A stretch of DNA of 64,000 bases from Candidatus Magasanikiibacteriota bacterium (GCA_016193335.1 JACPSK010000003.1:23739-87738); one strand, 5' to 3'; counted from the first letter of the stretch, positions 48,648 to 58,904 are shown. Program-made: numbers and translations. Notes: generated by a model not told the origin, from the letters alone.

Positions 48648-48712
48648 AAGCCTATCCCTTTACAACATATTTTAGAAATCCTAAGAACGAACGCGAGAGC
48701 GAAGCGGGCTGA
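48648..48712 (+). repeat. Copy B of modular intergenic repeat family
   Basis: GCCTATCCCTTTACAACATATTTTAGAAATCCT + AAGAACGAACGCGAGAGCGAAGCGGGCTGA. Sits between convergent genes. Confidence 0.6.
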
Positions 48713-48722
48713 AATGTGCCTT

Positions 48723-50867
48723 TTAATCCTGAGCCGATCGGGCTTGATAAGTAAATATTACAAGAGTTCCATTATCAATCGAGGTCCAGTTATCCGCGCT
48801 GAGCTTTGCCCCTTCGGCTATCTCATCAAATTTTTTCCAGAAGGAACTCAGCACAAAATAAGCTTTCTCTGCGCCGGTTTTTTTCATGATGTCTTCCATG
48901 TATTCTCTTTTTTGTCCTTCATACAACATACGCTGATAGACCTGAAAGGCATAGGCTCCCGTGGGAATGGAATAGTAAAACATCGGCCCCTCGTTTGTGT
49001 CAAAATATTTCGCGAAACTATATTCTGTGATTGCGGCCGCCGCGGTGACAGGATTTGAGAGAACCATGTAGCGGTAATCGGCATTATCCTCGTGTATCCA
49101 TTGCACGGCTTTGAAATCGGACTCGCTTACATGGTAGCCGGGGAAATGAACTTTCGGATTTTCCTGAGGGTAACTCAGATATAATGAAAGTGTCAGAACG
49201 AATCCTCCCAAACCGCAGACGATAATTTTTATCATTTTTTTGTGACAATAAAGTGCCCTTATTCGTTTTGATTCAAACCAGCTTTCGATTTGTGTTATCA
49301 CGTTATAGAATCCATACATGGCAAAAGGAAGGAGAAATATGACGCTTGAAGTCAATAGTCTCGTGGGGTATCCGCCCTGTTCAAAAGCCCCCACATTGGG
49401 GAATACAATCCAGCTTCTCAAGAGAAAGGCCCCAATGATAAACCCCAGCGCCGCGGCTGGGTAGATATAGTATTTTATTTTTTTGTTTTGCCACTTGGTA
49501 AAACCATAGATGGAGAAACCTAAAACGACAGGAGTTATTAAAGTTTGCCAGCCGTAAAGTAGCTCAAACAGGAGCGGAGACTCCTTTGAATACCAATAGG
49601 GCCTTTTGAATAGTTCCAGGAAAAGATTTATTTTATCAAAAGGATTTATAAAATGAGGCATTTCGAAGCCGTTCAACAAGATATAGAGCGTGAACATCGC
49701 GGGAAACAAAAACGCGAGCCCGGTGCCTATCAAGGCGAGCAGTCCGGTTGAGATTTTTGTTTTATATTCGCTGGCTTCCAACAAGCGGGCTGTCAAAACG
49801 AACAAAACAGCGGGTGCTCCTAAAAGTGGATGAATCATAAGCCCTGCCAAAGCGAGTATTCCTACCCTAAACCAGGATCTGTGTTTTTCTTGGCAAGACA
49901 GAACTCCGCATACGATCAATATACTGAGGAGAATAAGCAGATTGTGCGGGGTACTGAGATGCAAAGAAAGAAAAAATATAAAAGGGATGAACCATACCAG
50001 ATTGACTGACGCGGATTCGGGTATATTCCATGTTTTTTTTAGAGTATCGGAAATGATGAGAGGAAGGCTGAGAGCCGATAAAACAGGCAAAAGCATTATG
50101 TCTATATATTGGAGAGGCAGAGCGCTGATATTGGAAAGCCAGACCACAAAACTATACTGGCCGATATAAATTGGCTGTCTCGGAAGTATAAAACCATTAC
50201 TTTGAATTAAGAGTTCGGTAGCTCTATGTATGAGCCCGTCGAAACCAAATCCGAGAGGATACATCACCAGAGCGATTGAGTAGGTGAAAAATATATGCAG
50301 TATCGTGGCCGCGTAGCGTGTCATTTTGGAAGATGTTTCAGAAACGAGATACAGGAGAAAAGCCGTACTGATGCCATACCCGATGAAAAAAAATGGCCCT
50401 AGCTTGAGCCAGGGAGAGTTTGCCCCGTTCGTTATTGGATGAGACAGCAGAATAGAAAATAAAGCCATTTCCAAACAGACGAAGAGGTACATGGTAAGCC
50501 AAGAGTTTTTTTGTTTCTTCCATTCCGTGCTTATAAAGCCTTCTTCGATTTTGGTTTTTTTAAAGAAGATCAAAAGGGGGACAGCGAGCAATAATACTGA
50601 GCTTATTTTTGTGATGCCAAAAATATAATAGAGCGCCGTTCCTACAATAAAAAGCACACTCAACAAAGTGAGAAGATCCCAGATTGCTGAGGATTTTTTT
50701 TCTTTGCTGAACCAATGGCCGAGCGCGCTGCAAAGACACCCAAAATAAAAAACCGTAAGAGGGAATCCCAAGAAAACATTTTTTATGTATAAGGTATTCA
50801 AGACGAGAACGCCGCAAGAGCAGAGGGCGCCGTAGAAAATAAATTTTTTACTAATCCGTATTTTCAT
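48723..50867 (-). CDS. Large polytopic membrane protein (about 16 TM) with C-terminal soluble domain; possible glycan polymerase/GT-C-like, function unknown
   Basis: 714 aa, very hydrophobic, no diagnostic motif recognised. Confidence 0.45.
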   Translation of the reverse strand: MKIRISKKFIFYGALCSCGVLVLNTLYIKNVFLGFPLTVFYFGCLCSALGHWFSKEKKSSAIWDLLTLLSVLFIVGTALYYIFGITKISSVLLLAVPLLIFFKKTKIEEGFISTEWKKQKNSWLTMYLFVCLEMALFSILLSHPITNGANSPWLKLGPFFFIGYGISTAFLLYLVSETSSKMTRYAATILHIFFTYSIALVMYPLGFGFDGLIHRATELLIQSNGFILPRQPIYIGQYSFVVWLSNISALPLQYIDIMLLPVLSALSLPLIISDTLKKTWNIPESASVNLVWFIPFIFFLSLHLSTPHNLLILLSILIVCGVLSCQEKHRSWFRVGILALAGLMIHPLLGAPAVLFVLTARLLEASEYKTKISTGLLALIGTGLAFLFPAMFTLYILLNGFEMPHFINPFDKINLFLELFKRPYWYSKESPLLFELLYGWQTLITPVVLGFSIYGFTKWQNKKIKYYIYPAAALGFIIGAFLLRSWIVFPNVGAFEQGGYPTRLLTSSVIFLLPFAMYGFYNVITQIESWFESKRIRALYCHKKMIKIIVCGLGGFVLTLSLYLSYPQENPKVHFPGYHVSESDFKAVQWIHEDNADYRYMVLSNPVTAAAAITEYSFAKYFDTNEGPMFYYSIPTGAYAFQVYQRMLYEGQKREYMEDIMKKTGAEKAYFVLSSFWKKFDEIAEGAKLSADNWTSIDNGTLVIFTYQARSAQD

Positions 50868-51101
50868 AATTGGTTTTTTTCGATTTTGTGGAGTATAATG
50901 GGCTTTGTAGCATGAAACGAATGAACTGCATCGCAGTCATATTCAGACTAAGCCAGCACTTGAAAAAATGAGGATCAATAGAGCTCGTCTCAAAATTATT
51001 TTTGAGAGCTGCTCTAATAAAGTAACGACATCTAAACAGAGTGAATCATATTCTTCTTTGCTGTCTGTATTTTCGTCTCCTCATTCATTGTAGACAAAGC
51101 C

Positions 51102-51734
51102 ATGCGCTTATTCAATAGACTCTCAGCGTTAAAAGATAAACATCCTGCTCTTTTTGAATATCTTCCTGCAAAGGAAGTTTTTCCTCATGATTATTTCATG
51201 GATCGTTTTGTCCTTCGTTTTTTGCCTGCTCGCAGCACCCCGAACGGGATCACCATTCTGAGAATTTGTCTTACTCCTTTTGTTTTTTTGGTAACTTTGT
51301 ATGGCCATTATCGTTTCGGAGTTATTTTATTTTTACTGACCGCTTTTACGGACGCCATTGATGGCTCTTTGGCCCGTACCCGAAATAAAATAACTCGTTT
51401 TGGCATGCTTTTTGATCCTTTGGCCGATAAACTTTTGATCGGGTCCATGGTTTTGCTTTTGGTGTTTCGCTATCTGAATGTTTTCCTTGGCATCGCGATT
51501 TTGGGGATTGAAATTATATTTATTGTCAGTGCTTTGGTCGCCAAAATAAAATTTAAAACAGTAAAGATGGCCGACCGATGGGGGAAGCTCAAAATGTTTT
51601 TTCAAGTTATTGCCATGTCTTTGATCATGATAGCCTTACTCATTGATTTTCCTTATTTATTGACCGTCGCGGCATGGGTCTTTGGTTTGGCGATCGGATT
51701 TGCTATATTAAGTCTATTTAGACATGGTATATAA
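51102..51734 (+). CDS. CDP-alcohol phosphatidyltransferase family protein
   Basis: DAIDGSLARTRNKITRFGMLFDPLADK, the D-G-x2-A-R-x8-G-x3-D-x3-D motif. Confidence 0.8.
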   Translation: MRLFNRLSALKDKHPALFEYLPAKEVFPHDYFMDRFVLRFLPARSTPNGITILRICLTPFVFLVTLYGHYRFGVILFLLTAFTDAIDGSLARTRNKITRFGMLFDPLADKLLIGSMVLLLVFRYLNVFLGIAILGIEIIFIVSALVAKIKFKTVKMADRWGKLKMFFQVIAMSLIMIALLIDFPYLLTVAAWVFGLAIGFAILSLFRHGI

Positions 51735-51747
51735 AAGTCCTTTATAA

Positions 51748-51773
51748 CGAATGAACCCGTCCGACGATTCGTG
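51748..51773. terminator. Bidirectional hairpin CCCGTCCGACGATTCGTGGGACGGG between convergent CDP-alcohol phosphatidyltransferase paralogs
   Basis: About 12-bp stem with one mismatch, A/T flanks. Confidence 0.5.
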
Positions 51774-51781
51774 GGACGGGC

Positions 51782-52519
51782 TTAAAAACGAGCTCTGCGC
51801 CGTGCCGCTCTCCTGAGTTTGATCTTGTGCCAGAGGCTGGCAAGACCAAAAAGAAGGGCGACTGCAAAGAACAAAGCCGCCAGGATAACGAAGAACCCGT
51901 GCAGCTCTGGCATGGCAAGAACCAGAGCCCCGACCCCGCAGGTCTCGGCGAGCATCTTGATCTTGCCCGAGCCAGGGGCTTTCAAGCTTATGCTTGAATG
52001 GCCTGCTTTTGCCCGGATTAAATCTTGTACTCTCACGACCGTGAGGAGGATTTCCAAGGCAACAACGCCGAGAGCGAGTGGCAGAGCGATGATGCTCATC
52101 ACCAAGCCAAGTGTGCTCACCTCCTGGAATCGGGCCGCGCTGAGCGGCAAGAGGGCCAAAACCGTGATGATGAGGCCCTTGTCGCAGAGGGCGTCAACCG
52201 CGGCTCCGATGACTTCGTCGTCGCCGCAGTTATGGTACACCTTGCGCCAGTGCGCCAAGCGTCCGTCAAACCAATCGGTGAGGGATGCTACCGCGAAGAG
52301 CGCGAAAGCCTCCCATACACGGCCGCTCGCCGCGATGAAAGCAATGGGCACCGCGAGGACTACTCGCGACAGCGAGACCCAATTGGGCCTGATGTAAGCC
52401 CAGAGTTTCCAAGGGCCTACTTTTTCATCAAGCCTTGCGTTCAATGCTTTGACGCGGGCCATAAGCTGACCGCTGAACGGCCGCACGGCCGCGCTCGCGC
52501 TTTTAAGCACTTGATCCAT
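51782..52519 (-). CDS. CDP-alcohol phosphatidyltransferase family protein, GC-rich paralog (about 57-60% GC)
   Basis: DWFDGRLAHW....GAAVDALCDK variant of the CDP-OH-P-transferase motif (the Arg position is His). Compositionally foreign. Confidence 0.65.
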   Translation of the reverse strand: MDQVLKSASAAVRPFSGQLMARVKALNARLDEKVGPWKLWAYIRPNWVSLSRVVLAVPIAFIAASGRVWEAFALFAVASLTDWFDGRLAHWRKVYHNCGDDEVIGAAVDALCDKGLIITVLALLPLSAARFQEVSTLGLVMSIIALPLALGVVALEILLTVVRVQDLIRAKAGHSSISLKAPGSGKIKMLAETCGVGALVLAMPELHGFFVILAALFFAVALLFGLASLWHKIKLRRAARRRARF

Positions 52520-52556
52520 GTATTGCCCCCAATTTTGTTCTACCCTAGCGGGATAG

Positions 52557-54287
52557 TTGTATCATAGTTGTTCCTCTTTGGCAATCTTCCTTATGTTCAA
52601 CGAAAAACGAATATATACGATTATTCTCTCTTCATGTTCATTGATATTTTTTTTCGTGTATATTTTTCTCTATACGGACCTCGACCGTCTCGTTTCAAGC
52701 AAGTCTCTATCTATTTCTCCTCCCTTTATCATTCTAAATCAGCCGGACGAGGCGATGAATTATTTTTTTATCAGAACATTTGTATTGGAATCTCGCTTCA
52801 GAGTTCCTCAAGCATATTCAGAAATAGCCTTCAGTCAGGTTCACCCGCGCAGTAGCACCGTGATTGAGAATTCATTGGCGCCGATTGGGTTTCCCGGCTT
52901 TATCATTCTCTGCGGTTTACTGCTTAAAATTTTGGTGTTTTTATTTGGAGATAGTTTTTTCAATATATTCGCCATTTCTCTTACGCCTTTCCTCGCTGCT
53001 CTGGCTCCTCTTTTTGTGTTTTTTTCGCTCAGACGCTTGTTTGAAGAGAAAACGGCTTTTTTTTCCGCTCTTTTACTCTACATCATGCCGGCCTGGTGGT
53101 ATTACGCGAGCAGGCCTTTTCAGCATAATACTATTTTTGTTTTTTTCTTGATCCTTTTTTTATATATGTATAGTTTTTTTCTTGAACAAGGCAAACTTTC
53201 TTCTGTTAAAATATTTTTTATGGGTTTGTTTTTGTCTCTTTGTGTGTATATTCGTTCTTCAGAGGTTTTGTGGCTCTTCGTTTTGGCCGGGGCGCTTTGT
53301 TTTCTAAGTCGAAAATTTTGGAATTTCAAAAAATATTTTTACGCCAGTCTGGGAGTTTTGTTGGTCCTTGTTTTGTTTTTCGCCACTCAATACCTGTATT
53401 ATGGCCACCCTCTGGGGAGCGGCTATGTAGTCCCTCGTAATGGTTTGGCAGGCCTGATAACAAGCGGTCCGCAAGGAATTCCATTTTTGCAGGCTTTGGT
53501 GGCGCCTTTTGGTTGGCATCCTTTTGCCATCTTTTATAATGTATATCATTATTTCGGCGTTTTGTTTTGGCCTTGGTCTCTCAGCTTTGTTTTTTTTCTT
53601 ATTTCACTCATTTTCTTTTTATATCGCAAGGATCCAACAAAATGTCAGGATATTTCCTCGAAACGCCTTTACAGCTATCTGGCTGTGTTTGCTTTCGTTT
53701 CACTGTATCTTTTGCTTTATTACGGTTCTTGGTCTTTTTTTGATAATTTGGCGGGAAAACCCTCTGTAGCTTCTTCTCATGTCCGTTATTTTTTGCCCTT
53801 GTATCTTGGAGCATTGCCATTTTTTGGTGTATTTTTTTCATGGCTGAGTTCATATTTTAAAAGAATAGGTTTCGTCTTGAGCATCTTGTGGATTTTTGGG
53901 CTGTCTCTATTATCTTATAGAGTTGTCTTTAATTCCTTTGAGGGATTGAATCATATCAAACAAACAGTCAGTTCCTATTATAATTGGCAAAAAGAGATAC
54001 TTTTTTATGTGGAGCCTGGCGCTGTAATTGTTACGCAGTACGCGGATAAGTATCTGTTTCCTCATAGAGATATAATCCCTGGGTTAACTTCTGATATGAG
54101 TTTCCAAGCTGTACAAGCGCTTTTGGATAATAATAAGCAGGTTTTTTATTATGATTTGAAGCTTAATACAGATGATCGGGTCTTGGGTGAGAATATGCAG
54201 AGATATGGGTTTGGCCTTTTGGCTCCTCTCTGGTCTGTTCAGGATCTTGAACTTAGACGTATTGAAAAAAATACTGGCCTGCGCTAG
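52557..54287 (+). CDS. GT-C fold glycosyltransferase (PMT/ArnT-like, GT39/83-type)
   Basis: Multi-TM protein with an acidic DE motif in the first extracytoplasmic loop (NQPDEAMNYF). About 12 TM. Confidence 0.5.
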   Translation: MYHSCSSLAIFLMFNEKRIYTIILSSCSLIFFFVYIFLYTDLDRLVSSKSLSISPPFIILNQPDEAMNYFFIRTFVLESRFRVPQAYSEIAFSQVHPRSSTVIENSLAPIGFPGFIILCGLLLKILVFLFGDSFFNIFAISLTPFLAALAPLFVFFSLRRLFEEKTAFFSALLLYIMPAWWYYASRPFQHNTIFVFFLILFLYMYSFFLEQGKLSSVKIFFMGLFLSLCVYIRSSEVLWLFVLAGALCFLSRKFWNFKKYFYASLGVLLVLVLFFATQYLYYGHPLGSGYVVPRNGLAGLITSGPQGIPFLQALVAPFGWHPFAIFYNVYHYFGVLFWPWSLSFVFFLISLIFFLYRKDPTKCQDISSKRLYSYLAVFAFVSLYLLLYYGSWSFFDNLAGKPSVASSHVRYFLPLYLGALPFFGVFFSWLSSYFKRIGFVLSILWIFGLSLLSYRVVFNSFEGLNHIKQTVSSYYNWQKEILFYVEPGAVIVTQYADKYLFPHRDIIPGLTSDMSFQAVQALLDNNKQVFYYDLKLNTDDRVLGENMQRYGFGLLAPLWSVQDLELRRIEKNTGLR

Positions 54288-54433
54288 TATATAGACATAC
54301 GGATGGCCAATTTCGGTCAAGACCTTGCTATCGCGTCTTTCGAGGTCCGTATCCCTTAGTAAAGGCCCGGCCGGATTGGAAAGCTTAATTTGGCCCCTAA
54401 GGCCTGGACAAATTAAAATTAAGAGACCTTTCT

Positions 54434-54838
54434 ATGCTTGATTGTGTTTTTTGTAAAATAGTTAGAGGGGAGATTCCAAACTACAAGGTCTATGAAGACG
54501 ATCATGTTTTGGCATTTCTCGACATACATCCTCAGGCTCTTGGTCATACGGTGCTTATACCAAAACTGCACGCGGAGCGTTTTTTTGATCTGAACGAAGA
54601 GCTTTTGAAACATGTTTTGCCCGGAGTGCAAAAAACCATGGAACGCATAGAACGTGTTTTGAATCCAGACGGCTACAATGTGGGCTGGAATGACGCTGAA
54701 ATCGCGGGCCAGGCTGTTCCGCATATGCATTTTCATATTCTTCCCCGTTACCGCGGAGACGGCGGGGGCAGTATGCATTCTATAGTACATAAAGTGGACA
54801 AGCGATCTCCTGCAGAGCTTGCCCAGCTTTTTTCTTAG
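54434..54838 (+). CDS. HIT-family (histidine triad) nucleotide hydrolase
   Basis: CVFCKI..., HMHFHILPR histidine triad. Confidence 0.85.
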   Translation: MLDCVFCKIVRGEIPNYKVYEDDHVLAFLDIHPQALGHTVLIPKLHAERFFDLNEELLKHVLPGVQKTMERIERVLNPDGYNVGWNDAEIAGQAVPHMHFHILPRYRGDGGGSMHSIVHKVDKRSPAELAQLFS

Positions 54839-54852
54839 CCGGCCGCTTTCAT

Positions 54853-55395
54853 ATGGTCAAACGGCTAAAAAAAATAGAAGAAGAATTGATTCATCAAAAT
54901 CCGTGGTGGTCCTACAAACACGACAGATATGAAAAACCTGATGGCCAGATAGGAGATTATTGGTACGGATCCACCGAAGGTGTTGTGATGATTGTCCCGG
55001 TGATGGAAGACGGCAGTATTCTTCTTACGCTTCAATATCGTTACCTCGAAGATAAGCAAAGCATTGAATTTCCCGCCGGTGGTATTTTGCAAGGGATGGG
55101 TTTGCTCGAATCAGTCCAAAGAGAGCTCAAAGAGGAGACAGGATGTCTTGCTCGAGAATTTACCAAAATAGGTTCTTTCCAACCTTCGAACGGGTTTATC
55201 CGCGACGAGACTCATGTATTCGTGGCAAAGGTTGTTTCTCAGGGAATTCAAGAACTTGATGACACTGAAGAAATAGAGCTTTTGTATAGAAGGCCGGACG
55301 AAATAGAGGACATGATACGCCGCAACGATATCTGGGATGGACAAAGCATGGCCTCTTGGTCTTTGGTCAGACATTATTTTATCGACGAGCAGTAA
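54853..55395 (+). CDS. Nudix hydrolase
   Basis: Nudix box GGILQGMGLLESVQRELKEETG. Confidence 0.8.
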   Translation: MVKRLKKIEEELIHQNPWWSYKHDRYEKPDGQIGDYWYGSTEGVVMIVPVMEDGSILLTLQYRYLEDKQSIEFPAGGILQGMGLLESVQRELKEETGCLAREFTKIGSFQPSNGFIRDETHVFVAKVVSQGIQELDDTEEIELLYRRPDEIEDMIRRNDIWDGQSMASWSLVRHYFIDEQ

Positions 55396-55422
55396 ACTTT
55401 ATCTTTTACTTACCTATGTCAT

Positions 55423-55842
55423 ATGCCGGCTAAACAAAAAAAACCCAAACACAATCCATTTGTGCAGGTGTTTCATTTTAAGCACGACAAGACCAAAGAG
55501 GGCCGTCTTTTGTCCAGCGTAAAAATCGGGGATGTGTATATGTCCAGGCTTACTATAAAGCCGGGGATTATCACAGGAAATTATTTTAGGAAGAAAAACA
55601 TGCTCATGTTTTATGTGGAGAGCGGGAATGTTTTTTCTGTTTGCGAACATGCGCAATCGAAAGAACGCAAAGAATTTCATCTTAAACCGGGCGAACAAGT
55701 GGTGCACGTCCCGCCCATGGTTTCTCTGGCGACAAAAAATATAGGCAAGACCACCGCTATTTTGGTTTTTTTCAGCACCAGACCCATACGAGACGAGACT
55801 GATTATTTTTCTTATGTTGTGATGGGAAATGTGGAGACATAA
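55423..55842 (+). CDS. Cupin-fold protein, possible dTDP-sugar epimerase/isomerase (RmlC/WxcM-like)
   Basis: Small beta-rich protein of cupin size located immediately upstream of rmlB. No canonical RmlC motifs confirmed. Confidence 0.35.
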   Translation: MPAKQKKPKHNPFVQVFHFKHDKTKEGRLLSSVKIGDVYMSRLTIKPGIITGNYFRKKNMLMFYVESGNVFSVCEHAQSKERKEFHLKPGEQVVHVPPMVSLATKNIGKTTAILVFFSTRPIRDETDYFSYVVMGNVET

Positions 55843-55956
55843 AGAAGACGGGATTTGTTGCTATTGAAATCTATCTCAAAAATAAATTTTGCTTCATTTT
55901 GGGTCACTTTGGGCTGAAATTATTTTTGAGATATATTCTAAGAACCAGTTGAACGT

Positions 55957-56979
55957 ATGAATCTAGTGGTAACTGGAGGAGCGGGGTTTATCGGCTCCCA
56001 TTTTATTAGGTATTGGCTTTCGGGCCACAGAGATGACCATATTATAAATTATGACGCTCTGACCTATGCCGGGAATTTAGAAAATTTGCGGGATGTGGAA
56101 GCAAATCCCAATTATGAATTTGTGCACGGCGACATCTGCGACCGTGAAAAGGTTTTTGATGTAACACAACGGGCAGACTTGATGGTACATTTCGCGGCCG
56201 AAAGCCATGTAGATCGTTCCATCATGGATTCAGCTGTTTTTATTCGGACAAATGTGCAAGGTACTCAGACTTTGCTTGAAGCGGCCAAGACTTTTAAAAA
56301 GCGTTTTCATCATGTATCGACCGATGAAGTCTTTGGAGCTCTGGGCCCCCAGGACCCACCATTTTCAGAGAAGACACCGTACGCTCCACGGAGCCCTTAT
56401 GCCGCTTCAAAAGCGGCCGCAGACCATCTGGTACGAGCGTATTATCATACATACGGCCTTGAAATAAGTATTTCAAATTGCTCCAATAATTACGGGCCTT
56501 TCATGTTTCCGGAAAAAATCATTCCGCTTTTTATTTCACATTTATCTGAAGGGAAAAAAGTTCCTGTGTATGGCGATGGAGGACAGATAAGGGATTGGAT
56601 ACATGTGGATGATCACAGCCGCGGGATAGAAGCCATACTTGAGAGAGGAAAAATCGGAGAAACCTATTGTTTGGGCGGAGCGCACGAAATGAGCAATCTT
56701 GAATTGACGAAAAAACTTATTGCTCTCATGGGCAAAGACGAAACAAGCATAGAATTTGTCCGTGATCGTCCGGGACATGACCGTCGTTATGCTATTGATT
56801 TTTCCAAGGCAAAAAAAGAATTGGGCTGGGAGCCTCGGATAGATTTTGACGAAGGTCTCGCCGCAATGGTAGGCTGGTATGCCGAACACGGCGACTGGGT
56901 GGCTCGCTGTAAGAGCGGGGCGTACAGAGAATATTATGACAGGTGGTATTATGGGCAAGGAAGGCATTCTTCGCATTAA
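55957..56979 (+). CDS. rmlB: dTDP-glucose 4,6-dehydratase
   Basis: VTGGAGFIGS, YDALTYAGNLENL, YxxxK (YAASKAAAD). 340 aa. Confidence 0.9.
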   Translation: MNLVVTGGAGFIGSHFIRYWLSGHRDDHIINYDALTYAGNLENLRDVEANPNYEFVHGDICDREKVFDVTQRADLMVHFAAESHVDRSIMDSAVFIRTNVQGTQTLLEAAKTFKKRFHHVSTDEVFGALGPQDPPFSEKTPYAPRSPYAASKAAADHLVRAYYHTYGLEISISNCSNNYGPFMFPEKIIPLFISHLSEGKKVPVYGDGGQIRDWIHVDDHSRGIEAILERGKIGETYCLGGAHEMSNLELTKKLIALMGKDETSIEFVRDRPGHDRRYAIDFSKAKKELGWEPRIDFDEGLAAMVGWYAEHGDWVARCKSGAYREYYDRWYYGQGRHSSH

Positions 56980-56994
56980 TACTATATAAAATCT

Positions 56995-57864
56995 ATGTCC
57001 ATACTTATTATTGGCAATGGCTATATCGGCAGACGTTGCAGATCTGCTTGGAAAGACGCCGTGCTTGCTGATACGCGCATCAATACCAAAGAAGACATGC
57101 TGTCATTGATAGACCTTCACAAACCAACCGCGGTCTTGAACGCCGCGGGTGTCCGCGGCACGCCAAACGTGGATTGGTGCGAGGATCATCAGATGGAGAC
57201 TATTTCTGGAAATACCAAACTGCCCATACTTCTCGCCGAAGCTTGTGAGGAGAGGGGAGTATATTTACTTCATATAGGTTCAGGCTGTATTTTTTATGGA
57301 GATTCGCCGCATCCGGATACATATTGGCGGGAGTATGATTTCGGCAATCCGGCGCCGGTATATTCCCGAGCCAAATGGGCCGCGGATTTGGTGCTCTCTA
57401 CTTTGCCGAATACTGGCATCGCCAGAATACGTATGCCTGTAGATTGGATTCCTTCACCGCAGAACATGATAGACAAACTGACAACATATCCGAAAGTTAT
57501 AGATGTAAAAAACAGCGTCACTATTGTGGATGATATGGTGGAAGTATTCAAGAAATTATTGGATCTGAAAGCAGAAGGGATTTTTCATGTTATCAACCCG
57601 GGTATCCTGACGCACCGGGAGATAGTGACTTTGTATGAAGAGCTCGTGGACTCGGAACACAGCAATGAATGGATTAGTAATGATGATTTGGTAAAACAAG
57701 GATTGGCCACCAAAGGGAGATCGAATAATTTTTTGAAATCAGAACATCTCGCGCAGATCGGTATTTCCATGAGAGAGGTGCATGAAGCTTTACGAGATAC
57801 TATGCTTAAATACGCCCAAGCAAAAAAGGAAGGCAAAGATTCTGAGCATCTATTGTCCTGCTGA
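56995..57864 (+). CDS. dTDP-4-dehydrorhamnose reductase-like (RmlD substrate-binding domain family)
   Basis: Rossmann N-terminus ILIIGNGYIGRR, YSRAKWAAD (YxxxK). Size 289 aa. Position after rmlB. Confidence 0.55.
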   Translation: MSILIIGNGYIGRRCRSAWKDAVLADTRINTKEDMLSLIDLHKPTAVLNAAGVRGTPNVDWCEDHQMETISGNTKLPILLAEACEERGVYLLHIGSGCIFYGDSPHPDTYWREYDFGNPAPVYSRAKWAADLVLSTLPNTGIARIRMPVDWIPSPQNMIDKLTTYPKVIDVKNSVTIVDDMVEVFKKLLDLKAEGIFHVINPGILTHREIVTLYEELVDSEHSNEWISNDDLVKQGLATKGRSNNFLKSEHLAQIGISMREVHEALRDTMLKYAQAKKEGKDSEHLLSC

Positions 57865-58040
57865 AGGACTGGTGTATTTTTGCCTTTCGCTCTTTGGTTA
57901 TTTGGCTGGGATATTTTCCAAACTGAGATCGTGTGGAATAGCCGGGCTTAATTATTTTGAGTCTTTTTTATTTATATTTTTTTAATTTCTCTATTTTATA
58001 TTTGAGACGGAGGATTTCTAGGTAAAGAAAGGAATCTAAG

Positions 58041-58418
58041 ATGAGAAATCAGGCAGAACTTTGTACCGGGCCTTTGCTCCGAGAGCCTGTGGAATGCGCT
58101 ATGCCGGAGGGAGATTTTTTCCTGGATTATTCCAATTTGGGCATTGGCTCTGCCCTGTGTTTTCAGATCCGAGCTTCAAGAGAATGGCGTTTGGAATATA
58201 AGCGTCTCTATTTGAACAGAGGGAACAGACCTTACGATGAAATTCTGAGCTGTCACCATGGGGGCATCCGAGTGCTCGTTGATATCGGATTTGGTCTGCG
58301 AACTTGTATATTGAATCGAGGTTCAGCTCTCGTCCTACCCCGCTATATGCCTTATTGGGCGGAGACAGGTTGGGCTTCCGGAGCTTTTGTACAGGTTCAC
58401 TTGGGTTCTCTCCGCTAG
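58041..58418 (+). CDS. Hypothetical protein ORF-A on GC-rich island (no recognisable homology)
   Basis: 125-aa ORF with AAGGA RBS-like sequence 8 nt upstream. About 53% GC. Same frame as ORF-B. Confidence 0.3.
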   Translation: MRNQAELCTGPLLREPVECAMPEGDFFLDYSNLGIGSALCFQIRASREWRLEYKRLYLNRGNRPYDEILSCHHGGIRVLVDIGFGLRTCILNRGSALVLPRYMPYWAETGWASGAFVQVHLGSLR

Positions 58419-58484
58419 AAATCCTCCCGATTCCATTTCTGTCTTGACAGGTGTTTTTGTTGTTGTTAATCTTCTTGCTGTTTT

Positions 58485-58895
58485 GTGGCAGAGCAGACGG
58501 TCTGTTTTGCCTTTCAAAGCATGGCCGCGATGGAGGCACAGATGTTTCAGATTTTCGAGATGGCTACTCAGAGTTTGAAGGTCGCGGATGCGATCGCCAA
58601 ACTGGACTTTCTAGTGGTCACTACCGTTCGAACGCCCCCACTGCGCATCTTGATTTGTATCGGTGAGCAGTCTTGGAGCCGTTGCGTGAGGCTCAAGGAT
58701 ACAACGGTAGCTGATGAACAACCTGTCATTGAGATTCTCTCCGATGAGGGGGGCCGTTTGGTGGACATGATCTATCGCCCTTCCGTGGTGGAAAGTGAAG
58801 TTCCCTTGTCCGACTTTATGGCCGGCGGTTATGTCTCGATCAGGAACCGCCTGGGTGCAGATAATCATCGGAACACCCGCCTGGCATTTGATTAG
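58485..58895 (+). CDS. Hypothetical protein ORF-B on GC-rich island (no recognisable homology); stop codon fused to G10 tract
   Basis: 136-aa ORF (GTG start; first ATG at 58521). Protein-like composition. An antisense 121-aa ORF (58611..58976) overlaps fully. Confidence 0.3.
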   Translation: MAEQTVCFAFQSMAAMEAQMFQIFEMATQSLKVADAIAKLDFLVVTTVRTPPLRILICIGEQSWSRCVRLKDTTVADEQPVIEILSDEGGRLVDMIYRPSVVESEVPLSDFMAGGYVSIRNRLGADNHRNTRLAFD

Positions 58896-58904
58896 GGGGG
58901 GGGG
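58895..58904. repeat. Homopolymeric G10 tract (C10 on minus strand)
   Basis: Ten consecutive G. The first G is the third base of the ORF-B TAG stop. On the minus strand it encodes PPP within an antisense ORF. Confidence 0.9.
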
